Source: Polyangia bacterium
GTDB taxonomy: Bacteria > Myxococcota_A > Polyangia > Polyangiales > JAUICN01
Direction: 5' to 3'
Assembly: GCA_030427835.1 (NCBI GenBank)
Contig: JAUICN010000003.1
Location: 21,867-85,866 of the forward strand
DNA length: 64,000 nt
Shown here: piece by piece, positions 37,052 through 46,900 of the stretch
Layout of the letters: the number at the start of each line of letters is the position of its first letter
Numbering within the stretch: position 1 is the first letter of the stretch
The notes under the pieces: generated by a model
The model's database searches: none
What the model was told of the DNA's origin: nothing
The model's input: only the letters and a program-made list of their open reading frames with translations
Translations under genes and position numbers: made by a program

Positions 37052-37642
37052 CTAAAACACCCGTTCTGGAACGTAGACTATATCCCCAGCACGGAGGCCG
37101 GGGTCCTCTTCTCTGCCCTGGGAAACCGCATCCGCATTGACCCTGTAGCGTACGGTTTCACCTTGCTGATGTCGGGTGACCACGGTGGCCGCGCGGTTTG
37201 CAATCGCACTAAACCCACCCGCCAAGCTGATGGCCTGCACCACGGTCATCCCCGCGGTCAACGGGAACGTTCCAGGTCGGCTCACAGCGCCAAGTACGCT
37301 GACACGTTTCGAGCGGTACTCCTTCACCAATACCGAAACGTGGGGATTCGTGAGAAAACCACCATCTACCCAGGTTTTTGCAATGTGATCCGCAGCCTGT
37401 CCGGGATCAAGGCCGGCGACGATCAGAGAACCCACGAACGGTAGATGAACCGAGCCATCTGCCTCCACCATATAGGTTCCACCCAGGGCATCTTCTCCGT
37501 ACACGCGTACATCGAACACGTCACCGGTACCCAGGGTAGTATCGGTGGCTTCAATGGTCGTCGGGATCGTCGACGGCGAGGGAGGCGGCCCACAGGCCAC
37601 AAGAATCGCCGTGAAAAAGTGTATGGATACAACGCGCAGCAA
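37052..37642 (-). CDS. short outer-membrane polysaccharide export (OPX) lipoprotein, Poly_export + SLBB only
   Basis: GDVFDVRVYGEDALGGTYMVEADGSVHLPFVGSLIVAGL, VSVLGAVSRPGTFPL. ORF 37052..37909 overlaps the upstream gene. TTG 37642 gives M-LRVVSIHFFTAILVAC just after the upstream stop at 37656, but the start is uncertain. The protein ends right after the SLBB-like domain. Confidence 0.8.
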   Translation of the reverse strand: MLRVVSIHFFTAILVACGPPPSPSTIPTTIEATDTTLGTGDVFDVRVYGEDALGGTYMVEADGSVHLPFVGSLIVAGLDPGQAADHIAKTWVDGGFLTNPHVSVLVKEYRSKRVSVLGAVSRPGTFPLTAGMTVVQAISLAGGFSAIANRAATVVTRHQQGETVRYRVNADAVSQGREEDPGLRAGDIVYVPERVF

Positions 37643-37655
37643 GGGAGCGTACCCG

Positions 37656-38954
37656 CTAGTAAAAGACACGTAACCCGAGCCAACCCTCAAACTTGCTGAA
37701 GCCTGCTGGGTCTGGAAGCGTACCGGTAGGTGTCTCTCGAATGTACTCAAATGAGGTAAAATCTCCAGAATATCGGACGGTTGCCGTGGCAGCCAGCCAG
37801 TCAGAGAATCGGTATTCGGAACCAAGTTGTGCAAGAACCCGAACATCGTTACGGGTAGAGCTCCCAGTGATCCCAAGCGGCGTTCCAGACGGATCCAGGA
37901 GTGCGCCAAAAGAGTAGTAACCTGCAGACAGGTTCGCCCGCAGCATCAGAACACCTCCCACAAGCGAGGAAAGGTCCACAAAGGCACGATTGGCAGAACT
38001 GAATCCACCCGAATAGGAACTGGAGAAGTTCCTATCGAAGCCAAAGGACAGCGTACGGTTTGGGGACATCTGCATATTCACGGTGGCCCTTGCCACGACA
38101 GAGTCAAAGTCCTCAAGGGTACCGTAGAAGCCTGCCGCATACCCCACAAACACCGCGGCAGACATTTTACTGGTCAGAGCGCCACTCAAGCCAAGCCACG
38201 AGCTAATGCGCTGGTTGTCTGATAGCAATACCAAAGGAGTCGACGACTGGTTTGTATAGGTCATCAAATCCGCATCCACACGGTAGAGCAGTGCGGTTTG
38301 AGGCAGGAAGTTCCATGTGAGGCCCCCACGGAAACCATGGGTAGCGCTGTTCAAGTACTGAAAGGAACTGCTCTCAAAAAGATCGAGAAGAAGCTCGTAT
38401 CCCAAACTCGCCTGAAACATGTCCCCGGGCGTCGAAGCTTGCCCTGTAATGGAAAGACGGTTGTTGTGGTGTCCGTAGTTGTTATTGACTGCCCCAGGCT
38501 CTGTGAAAGGGCGAATCTCACGACTGTACACGTCCTGCAAGGTCAGTTGAAACCCCGAGCTTGGCTTGACCTCCCCCAACACGGAGGCACCAAGCGAAAC
38601 GTCGTTCCGGGTAGGTGCGTCTAAAAAGTAGTAGTAAGAACCAAACACACCGCCACGAAGGCTTGCTCGAGCTGTGGACTCCTCGTCGTTCCGTTCAGAT
38701 CCCAGCGTCGAAACAAACAGATGGGGACTTACGCGGAAGACCGGGCTAGATACCGCACCTGTATCGGAGTCTGAGTAAAAGACGTTGGAATCGTAACCCG
38801 CTTCCGCGCCTACGCCGGGATGCAACTCAAACTGCCGAAAACGAACTCCCATTCCCTCCGTCTGCTGACGATCGTCGAGCCAAGTTTGGGCTTGGGCTGT
38901 GAACCCAAGGGGGAGGATTACGAATCCGACAAGCGCAAGTGCAAACCACTTCAT
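37656..38954 (-). CDS. outer-membrane beta-barrel protein
   Basis: ORF trimmed to ATG 38954 (MKWFALALVGFVILPLGFTAQAQ signal). Gly/Ser/Tyr-rich alternating pattern. C-terminal WLGLRVFY. Confidence 0.7.
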   Translation of the reverse strand: MKWFALALVGFVILPLGFTAQAQTWLDDRQQTEGMGVRFRQFELHPGVGAEAGYDSNVFYSDSDTGAVSSPVFRVSPHLFVSTLGSERNDEESTARASLRGGVFGSYYYFLDAPTRNDVSLGASVLGEVKPSSGFQLTLQDVYSREIRPFTEPGAVNNNYGHHNNRLSITGQASTPGDMFQASLGYELLLDLFESSSFQYLNSATHGFRGGLTWNFLPQTALLYRVDADLMTYTNQSSTPLVLLSDNQRISSWLGLSGALTSKMSAAVFVGYAAGFYGTLEDFDSVVARATVNMQMSPNRTLSFGFDRNFSSSYSGGFSSANRAFVDLSSLVGGVLMLRANLSAGYYSFGALLDPSGTPLGITGSSTRNDVRVLAQLGSEYRFSDWLAATATVRYSGDFTSFEYIRETPTGTLPDPAGFSKFEGWLGLRVFY

Positions 38955-39076
38955 GTGACCGCATGTGGTAAAGCTCATGACCTGTAGGGCCTCGATTTGG
39001 AGATTGCCTTACGCATCGTTAATAGTCCAAACAATCTTCATCAAAGATACGTTTCCAGTTTGAAAAAGGATGCCCA

Positions 39077-39730
39077 TTAACCGGTCGGGCTCGCGGGTGC
39101 GGGAACAAAAGGAACCGTAATCGTGGGCAGCATGGGGCTCTCACCTATCTCAACATCGGGCGTAGACGGATCCACGGAGCTGGTGACATTGGTTTCTCCC
39201 GTTTCAAAAATATCGTTGCCGAGGCATTGATTGGCTTCCTGGTCTAGGACCTCACATCGTCGACCAAGCACGCTGATCACGGTGTATTCATGGTTGCGTC
39301 GACCTTCGTCCGCAGACTCCACTGCTTCAGTCAGCGATTGCACTCGATCCTGTAGGGTGCGCACTGTCGCATTCTGCTGATTCAGGGTGCTATTGAGACA
39401 AGCGGCCTTAATAACGTCGGCCTCATTTCGAGAACGGTCCAACATCCGCTGCACACGTCGGCTTTGCTGCTGACATCGATCCAAGATCCGAGATGCTTCC
39501 GTCTGCTGCTCGTTTGAGCCAGTGGCTGCTTGCTGACTCGCTTGGAGGGCGGCCTCGACGTTGTCCTGGGCGGACGCCACCCCAGGCGACGTTCCGAATA
39601 TCGATACCGAAAGAACCGCGATACCCAATCCCACACGCACCGATCTATTCGAAAACGCAAAACCCATAAACAGGGACGTTTTGTCGCTGAATTCCTTAGC
39701 CATGAATATCCCTCCCACGGCCGGGAACAA
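39077..39730 (-). CDS. secreted coiled-coil protein, hypothetical
   Basis: The internal ATG at 39667 gives MGFAFSNRSVRVGLGIAVLSVSIFGTSPGVASA/QD. Gln-rich helical region with 4 Cys. No family recognised. Confidence 0.5.
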   Translation of the reverse strand: MFPAVGGIFMAKEFSDKTSLFMGFAFSNRSVRVGLGIAVLSVSIFGTSPGVASAQDNVEAALQASQQAATGSNEQQTEASRILDRCQQQSRRVQRMLDRSRNEADVIKAACLNSTLNQQNATVRTLQDRVQSLTEAVESADEGRRNHEYTVISVLGRRCEVLDQEANQCLGNDIFETGETNVTSSVDPSTPDVEIGESPMLPTITVPFVPAPASPTG

Positions 39731-39903
39731 TAGTGAGGGTGTGAAATCCTGTCAAAGGAATACAACCCCGTTTCCGGCTCAACGCCGCGAGAATTTGAAT
39801 CGGCATCATGGAAACTCTGTTGCCCAGGGCCACGCTTCCATTCAAAGCGTCAGCTAGACTGGAATTTAGAGGTTTCCACCGCGACGGTTTCTGGCGTGTG
39901 AAA

Positions 39904-39938
39904 CCCCCTGAATCCCACCAAAAAGGGGGATTCAAGGG
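39904..39938 (-). terminator. stem-loop downstream of the GltG-like gene
   Basis: CCCCCTGAATCCC / GGGGGATTCAAGGG forms an ~11-bp stem with one bulge. On the minus strand it is followed by TTTCAC. It lies 39-73 nt after the stop at 39977. Confidence 0.45.
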
Positions 39939-39976
39939 AGGCAATCAACAAGGGTTTCTACCCCAAAACGTTCTAT

Positions 39977-41458
39977 CTAGCTCTGAGGAGCAAACACAAA
40001 CGGGTAAGCAAAGGTCACACTTCCGCCCTCAGGGCCCTCACGCCACCTCAAGCTGCGTACAACGCCCATGACACAGGTTCCCAGTCCAGGATCGTTTGTG
40101 GTGTTTTCCACCGCCCGAGCAGACGAAACGTTGCCCCGTTCCTGAATCGTAAACTCCACAACGACCTTCCCCGAAAGAGAGGGGTTGTTCCGTAGGGCAG
40201 TCTCGTAACAGCGGCGGAAGGCGCTTTGACGGCCTCGAATCATGCGTGTCACCTGGGACTGGTCAAAAATTCCTGCGCCTCCGATCTCATCTCCGGACTG
40301 GAAGGCAACCTTGCCGCGAATACGCCTCTCCTGAATGGCACCGCCTTCGGCTCGGGCCTTCGTCGCGTCTCCACCGGCAGCTCGTAAGCTTCCAAGATCG
40401 CCACCCTGCCCGCTACCTTCGCCCCCTGAACGGGTACGCAGTGAACCCGCCTGGGACGTAGCTACTCCTACACCTTCGGCCTGGGCCAAAACATCAGCCG
40501 CATTTCCGGTTACCGCTCCTCCCGCGAGCACGTCGCTCAGGGCACCGCCGTCCCCAAGGGCGCCAAGCAATAGGGCTTCCGCAGCCTGGGTGGCCTGTTC
40601 GGCAATGGCGGCTCGCGCCTCGGCGCTCTTTGCCGCCTGTTCCGCCGTAACCTCAGAAGCCTGGGAGGGAGTCTCCTTCACCTTTCGTTGTGGTTCAGCT
40701 TCTGCCACCTGGGTTTCTTCCTCTTCTTCCGTTTCTTCCTGTGTTTCCGGAGTCTCTTCCTCTTCCGGTGGCTCAGGTTCGTCGAGAATGAACTTGGCAA
40801 ACTCCTCAGGAATCTCTGCCATATCCCCCTTTACGGGCCAGTCAGAGCTCTCCAGATACACCACGAAGGCAAAAAAGGTCATGTAGGTGAACACCATGAA
40901 AGCGGTGAACAACCAATCGATACTCTTTGCAAATCCCCCTCGCACAGTCGCCGGCAGTTGGGGGCGAGGTTGCACTGGAGGAGGAGTAACAAACTGGAAA
41001 AGTAGTGTTGTAGCCCCAATGACCACCTTTCCACGGGAGCTATCGTTGAGCTTGATTTGCCAGTGGCTTCCAGCGTTTCGCGCACCACCAGAAGAACGAA
41101 GCTTCTTTAGATCCTGAACGCCCCCTGGAAGCGCCACACGGCCCTCCATGGCATCTGTGAAGTTCAGGATGTAGTCAGAGCCGACCAGCTGAAACAGCTC
41201 AAAGCGGGCTGGCAGCACCGATTCGTGAACAATAAAGTGGTTTTTCTCTGAAGTGCCCACAGCAACGGATTCGCGCTTTCGGATCAATCGCTCTTCCACG
41301 ATCTTTCCATTTTGAATCACGCCAATTCGAAGGATTTTTGGGCCACTCGGCGCCACACGAACGGCTTGCATGGCCATGGTCATGGCACCGGGTTTGCCGC
41401 CCTTGGGACCTGACTGTCCGGGATTTGAGGCGCTATCAGTAGAGGTGTCTGTGCTCAT
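39977..41458 (-). CDS. TonB-like bitopic protein with AgmX/PglI-type C-terminal domain (GltG/NfsG-like)
   Basis: ATG 41458 preceded by AAGGAG (ORF maximal start 41515). Cytoplasmic beta-rich N-domain, TM IDWLFTAFMVFTYMTFFAFVVYL, Glu/Ala-rich linker, C-terminal FRRCYETALRNNPSLSGKVVVEFTIQERGNV..CVMGVVRSLRW..FAYPFVF. Confidence 0.7.
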   Translation of the reverse strand: MSTDTSTDSASNPGQSGPKGGKPGAMTMAMQAVRVAPSGPKILRIGVIQNGKIVEERLIRKRESVAVGTSEKNHFIVHESVLPARFELFQLVGSDYILNFTDAMEGRVALPGGVQDLKKLRSSGGARNAGSHWQIKLNDSSRGKVVIGATTLLFQFVTPPPVQPRPQLPATVRGGFAKSIDWLFTAFMVFTYMTFFAFVVYLESSDWPVKGDMAEIPEEFAKFILDEPEPPEEEETPETQEETEEEEETQVAEAEPQRKVKETPSQASEVTAEQAAKSAEARAAIAEQATQAAEALLLGALGDGGALSDVLAGGAVTGNAADVLAQAEGVGVATSQAGSLRTRSGGEGSGQGGDLGSLRAAGGDATKARAEGGAIQERRIRGKVAFQSGDEIGGAGIFDQSQVTRMIRGRQSAFRRCYETALRNNPSLSGKVVVEFTIQERGNVSSARAVENTTNDPGLGTCVMGVVRSLRWREGPEGGSVTFAYPFVFAPQS

Positions 41459-41635
41459 CGGTCGCGTCACTCCTTGTGGCTCCCTACACCCGTCCAGTGA
41501 AGGGGGGAACTCCACACTTTCCCGGAGACGGTATCACAACTCGAAGTCAGATTGAAAAGTGATTCGAGCACCTCTGGGCCATAGGCGTTGTCCAAAGTGG
41601 GTCAAAACACCGCAGGCCACCACTGTGCTCGGGAG

Positions 41636-42241
41636 CTAAGGGTCCTGGCAAAGGCCGTGGATCTGCTCGTACACCCGCCGAACGCCCCGCAACAGGTAAC
41701 CTGATCGGTTTTTCAGTAGTGCAAGAGATCCCCAGGCCACAACTACCGTGGCCATACCCATGGCAGCAGATCGCAGGGCTTCACCAAGAAGAGACGGAGC
41801 ATCATTTACGGCCCCCTCAGGCGATCCTGAGCGCCAAGCAAGCATTGGAAACACGGAAAAGAGCGCAAATAAAAAACCCAAATGAAGCCCAATGCTACCC
41901 GCGGTTTTCAAAAAACGGAGGCTTTGCTCAAGCTCCAGGCGCGTATGGCGGAACTGATGGCTGGCCAGCCGTTGCAATCGTTGCGGATGGGGAAGCCCGG
42001 GAAGGTGGTCCACCAGTGGTTCAAGAAACACCCCGATCCACGTTCGAGAAACTCCGGAAAGCAGCTGGCCCACAGGACTCACCGATCCCGGCTCTGTGCC
42101 CGCCGTCACCAAGATCGCATCGCGAAGGGGTTTCGAAAGCGTCTGCACATGCCAGGCCTTTTTTCCGAACAGCAACCACGTCCGATACCCAGCCGAGGCT
42201 GCGACCGCGACAAGCAACAGAACCTGAACCCAAATAAACAC
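41636..42241 (-). CDS. divergent MotA/TolQ/ExbB-family 3-TM protein
   Basis: Three TM segments in TolQ topology. LELEQSLRFLKTAGSI and APSLLGEALRSAAMGM..LALLKNR align by eye with E. coli TolQ LENLETHIPFLGTVGSI and APGIAEALIATAIGL..AYNRLNQR. Confidence 0.5.
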   Translation of the reverse strand: MFIWVQVLLLVAVAASAGYRTWLLFGKKAWHVQTLSKPLRDAILVTAGTEPGSVSPVGQLLSGVSRTWIGVFLEPLVDHLPGLPHPQRLQRLASHQFRHTRLELEQSLRFLKTAGSIGLHLGFLFALFSVFPMLAWRSGSPEGAVNDAPSLLGEALRSAAMGMATVVVAWGSLALLKNRSGYLLRGVRRVYEQIHGLCQDP

Positions 42242-42264
42242 GTGTAAGATAAAAGGTGAAGGAC

Positions 42265-42528
42265 TTAAAACGGGTCGGAGCGAATCGTCTTGACCACCTT
42301 AAGGAGAAAGCTGGTACGCAGGTCCAGGACCTCGTAGCCCAGATTGGATCGGTTAAGAATATAGAAGGCGTTGGGTTTTTGTACCCTTCCCTCAATCTTG
42401 ATCTCGTCCAGCTGAATCACCCGGGGACCACGACGGCGTTGGGCATGCCCTACCCCGAAAGACACTGCAGAGGACAAGAACAAAACCAACAGGATAAATG
42501 CCCCTCGGCCTGCCAAACTTGTTTTCAT
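42265..42528 (-). CDS. small secreted/membrane-anchored protein (GltF/NfsF-sized)
   Basis: 87 aa. N-terminal hydrophobic AFILLVLFLSSAVSFGV. ATGA overlap with the upstream gene (42525..42528). Confidence 0.5.
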   Translation of the reverse strand: MKTSLAGRGAFILLVLFLSSAVSFGVGHAQRRRGPRVIQLDEIKIEGRVQKPNAFYILNRSNLGYEVLDLRTSFLLKVVKTIRSDPF

Positions 42529-43988
42529 TGCGATCCCTCCGCTTCCGTCTGACCGGCGTCACCGGACGCCGCTTCCGAAGCCGCCCGTTCTGCGTCCCGC
42601 GCAGCCCTTGCTGCGGCCCGCTCTTGACGAACCCGATCCCGTTCAATGCGCTTTTTCTCACGTTTCACGGCGCGGTCCAGATCCTCCAAGTACCCTTCAG
42701 AAGGGTCATCGCGAGGAAGACGTGGACCCATTTCATCCCGGTAGGTCTTAAACTCGTCCATGGCCTTCTCAAGCGCGCCCACTTGGTCTAGTCCTGGAAA
42801 CGCATCCCCAGCCGTCATGTACATCAGTCCGAGATTAAAATGTGCCTCGGGAAGCGGTGAGCGCATCTGGAGCGCGCGATCGAAACTAGATTTTGCCTCG
42901 CTCCATTGGCTATTCGCGCGATGGGCGTCGCCCAAGTTTAGGTGAACTTCCACAAGCGTTGGGGAAAGTTGAACGGCCGCCTTGAACTGAATGAGTGCGT
43001 CTTCGTAGTTCGCACCCGACAACAACTGATTTCCAAGAGCAATGCGTGCTTCCACATAGTCGGGCCGAAGTTGAACGGCCCGACGGAACTCTGAAAGAGC
43101 TTCCCGGAGCCGTCCAGTTTCGTCGAGCAACATTCGCCCCTTCAGATAATGAAGCTCAGCTTCAGACTCATCCACTTCCAGGGCCTGGGCAATCACAGCC
43201 TCAGCCAACTCCTTGCGTCCAAGTCGCAAACTCGCTTTTACGATTGCAAGCATGGCAGGAACGAAACGCTCATCCCTCTGCAACGCGAAGCGCGCAGCTT
43301 CCATGGCTTCTTCTGGTTTGCCAGCCTGGACTAGAACCACGGCCTTCAGGGCCTGAAGATGGAGGTTGCGTTGCCACCGTTGGGCAAGGGGGGTGACCAC
43401 GGCCAGGGCCTGATCCGGGTTGTTTTGCCGGAGATGAATAAGTGCAATCCCCTCCGCCGCCCTCTCATAGTCCGGCTGCATACTCAGAGTTCGTTCGTAG
43501 TACTGAAGCGCGGTTGCGTTATCTCCTCGGCGATCGGCTACCACACCCAGGTTGTAGGTGGCCTTAAACGCTTCCGCGTCCAGGGCCAAGGCCCTTTCAA
43601 ACTGAGATTGGGCGGCATCCAGATTGCCGTTGCGAGACGCTTGGATCCCCCGTTGGTACGCCGCCCGCGCCGTGGCACTCATGGAATGGCGAGGTGGTAA
43701 GGGTTCACCCGATTCAGATTCAGGCCGACCCCAGGGGCTCTCCTGTTCCCCCTCCTCGGCCTTCAGATCTTCGTCTTCCTTTTCCACGAGATCTTCCGCG
43801 ACCACTGTTTGAGCAGTTTCATCCTGGTGTTCCACACTCCCTGGAGGAGCTTCCAGTACTTCGGTTTCTCCCCCCTGGGATTCCTGGGGCACAGGTGGAG
43901 GAGTCTCGTCCGCAGGCGCCTTACCGCCGCAGGCGATTCCGCCAAGGACCGACCACACCATTGCGCTCAATATTAAAAGTATTCGCAT
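42525..43988 (-). CDS. TPR-repeat lipoprotein (GltE/NfsE-like)
   Basis: MRILLILSAMVWSVLGGIAC lipobox, acidic linker, then about 9 TPR units (e.g. AFKATYNLGVVADRRGDNATALQYYERTL). Confidence 0.65.
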   Translation of the reverse strand: MRILLILSAMVWSVLGGIACGGKAPADETPPPVPQESQGGETEVLEAPPGSVEHQDETAQTVVAEDLVEKEDEDLKAEEGEQESPWGRPESESGEPLPPRHSMSATARAAYQRGIQASRNGNLDAAQSQFERALALDAEAFKATYNLGVVADRRGDNATALQYYERTLSMQPDYERAAEGIALIHLRQNNPDQALAVVTPLAQRWQRNLHLQALKAVVLVQAGKPEEAMEAARFALQRDERFVPAMLAIVKASLRLGRKELAEAVIAQALEVDESEAELHYLKGRMLLDETGRLREALSEFRRAVQLRPDYVEARIALGNQLLSGANYEDALIQFKAAVQLSPTLVEVHLNLGDAHRANSQWSEAKSSFDRALQMRSPLPEAHFNLGLMYMTAGDAFPGLDQVGALEKAMDEFKTYRDEMGPRLPRDDPSEGYLEDLDRAVKREKKRIERDRVRQERAAARAARDAERAASEAASGDAGQTEAEGSQ

Positions 43989-46900
43989 TAGGGGCCCTCC
44001 ACATGCTCAAGGGACGGTGGGGATACTCCCTGTGGAATATCCAGGGTGCGGCCACGGGGAGCCCGTTTAAACTCACCCGGAGTGTAAGCAACAAAACTTG
44101 GGTCCGCGCGCTGGGCTTCCGCGATGCACTCCGCGATACGTTCCTCTCCGTAGGCCTGGAGGCGATCCACCGCGATCTGTGTGTATTCGTCATCCAAGTT
44201 ACCCGCCCGCGCGGCCCGTGCCGCCAGGGCGTATCGAGCTACCGCAAAGCATTCTATCGGACGAACCTTTTCATCCAGCACCTGTTGAACGGATCCCTCT
44301 ACCTGAAATGCAATGTCGTCCCGTTGCTCGGGAGTAAGCCGGCGAAGTTGCTTTTGCATGTCCTGGGGTAGCGTGAACGGCGTGTTCAGGATGGCACGGG
44401 CCAGTACCTCATAGACCCTTCCCTGCCGCACAAAGGCCGCAATGGTCCAGGTGGGCCGCCTGTAGTCCATGACTGGCGCGTACCCGGCGACAATTTCCTG
44501 GCCCGACGCCGCCCCCGCATCAATCTGCTCCTTGATGCTGTTGACATAGTCCTGAAGCGTCTTTGGGCGCCCTGGATTGATAGAAAAGGACTCAAAACCC
44601 TTAATGGCATCGTCTACCAGGATGAACTTCGCGTTGGCCGCATATTCCGCGCCAATAGAACCAGGCTCCTGGCCAGAACGGGCAAACGCACTCACCACTT
44701 TTTCGAGAGCCTTACGATAGTCACGAATGCGCTTTGGGTTCGGACGAGGGCCCAACATTTTCCGCCGAGATTCCGCAATCCTCCAGTACGCAAGCACCAC
44801 AAGCTCACCGGCCGCTTGGTCACCTTCGTACCTGGAAATAAACGAATTCATCTCCTTAATCGTCGTGATCGGGTTTCCCTGCTTGTAGGTCATCTCCGCA
44901 ACCCGGTAATAGGCATCACGTTGGGCACCGGGTTCTCGCAATAGAACCGCCGCTTCGCGGTAGTAACTGGCCGCCTTCTTATACTGTTGAAGACGTTCTA
45001 GAATAATCGCCGCGTTAATGAGCGCGCCTTCCCGTTTCTCAACAATGTTGGGGTCCGTGGAGCCACGAAACCGTTGCGAATCTGCCAGTAGGCGATAGTT
45101 ATCCACGGCACGTTCAAAGTTGAAAAACCGGTTCGAGTTGAACGCAAGACGGAAGTAGGCATTGGCCAGGATGGCATTGAGTTTCTGCTGTTCACCCGCG
45201 TTCTCCGCCTGCCTGGGGCCCACCTCGTCTGTGATCCGTTGATAAAGGCGGGCCGCCGACTCAAAACGGCTCGTTTTCTCCAGGGCCGTGGCCGCATACT
45301 CGAGGGCAATGGGGGCCTGCGGATCGTCGGGGTTGTCGTTTACGGCATTCACCAGCACCGTCGCCGCACGCTCATACAACCGCAGTTGTTCCTCTCCAGA
45401 GGCTTCTTCTGCCTTGGAATAAATTCGAAGCGCTCGCCGGTAACGCAATGCATTCAAGTCTCCCATACGAATGCAATGGGGCTCATCGGCATTGGCTGGA
45501 TCGTCGCAGCTGACGTTCTCTGTGGGTGCAGTCGAGAACGTGCATTTACGTTCCCCCAACTCGTTGGCAAGCTGTTCCACCTTCAGTTCATCACCAAGAG
45601 TCACGGCCATGTTGCGTAGGCTCAACCACGCGAATCGGCCATTCTCGTTGGCCTGTTCTCCAGCGCAATGGTTCTCAAAAATACGGCGAAAACGCTCCTC
45701 TGCCTGGGGCCAGTAACCGTAAAAATACAACAGCAAGGTGTTGTTGTAGTCGTACGCGTCGCGAACACCCTCCGCGTCACCGGTGGCTTCCACACGTGCT
45801 AGGTAGAGTTCCCGCGCCTGAGCCAGCCGTTGTACCAAATCAGGCATGGGGACAGGGCGTACCGTCAAAGGCTCACCGGAGGGCGCCGGAGGTTCTTCTC
45901 GAACCACCAAGTCCCCCCGTTCCACCGCAGACTCCTGAATACGCCGAAGAGACTCCACAACACGTCGCGCAGATTCAGAGAGGTACGAGTCGTCCAAATT
46001 GGAATCACGCACAAGAGAGTACTGCGCTGCCGCAGCCTCGAAATCCTCAGACCAATAAAGGGCATCCGCCACGTTGTAACGGAGCTCGTAGGCCTGCGGA
46101 GTGTTTGGGTAACGTTCCAGGTAACCAGAATAGGCTTTGGCGGCCAACTGATACTGCCCACGAGCTTGCAAGCACAAATCCAAATCCCGTTGTTCCACAC
46201 ACATGCGGCGCAGGTTCTGGGCCTGTTGGTGATGGAATACCGCCGTTCCGATCAATGCGTTTTCCGCGAGTTCTTCGGCTGCGGTCTGTTCTGCCGGGTG
46301 GTCCACGTTGGCGTTCCACCACGTGCTTCCTTCCCCGTACTCACCCAACCGTGCTCGATACGCAATGGCCTGCTCCATCTCCTGGCTACGGGTATAGGCA
46401 CGGGCCACCATGTTGGTGATCTCGGGCGCACGTACGTGATTGGGAAAGCGATCCAACGCGAGCTGCCACACGGCAATGGCATCCGACAATTTGTTCTCGT
46501 CGAAATACACGTTACCGAGTTGAAAATAGACCTCTGGAGTCCAATCGCGATCCTGGGCAATGAGCTCCGCATCCTGCAAGCGTTGAATCCCGGTAGGCAT
46601 CTCTTCATAGGGGTCAGGGACCTGGTTTTCGTTCCAGTCGTCGTACGCCAACGCGATCGCAACGTACTGAAGCGCCTCGGGACGAAGCTCCGAACCCGCG
46701 CGGCCCGTGCGACGACGTTCCTCATCGGACCAATCCACCAACTGTGCAAAATGACGAATCGCCTCGGGGTATCGGCTTGCGCGGTAGTAGGCCCAGGCAA
46801 CCTTGTAGAGCGCGAGGTTGAAGTTCTTGTCAGCCCGGTCCTGCAAAATGCGTCGATAGGCGCTGATGGAAAGCTCCACCGCGTTGTCACCGCCGTAGTC

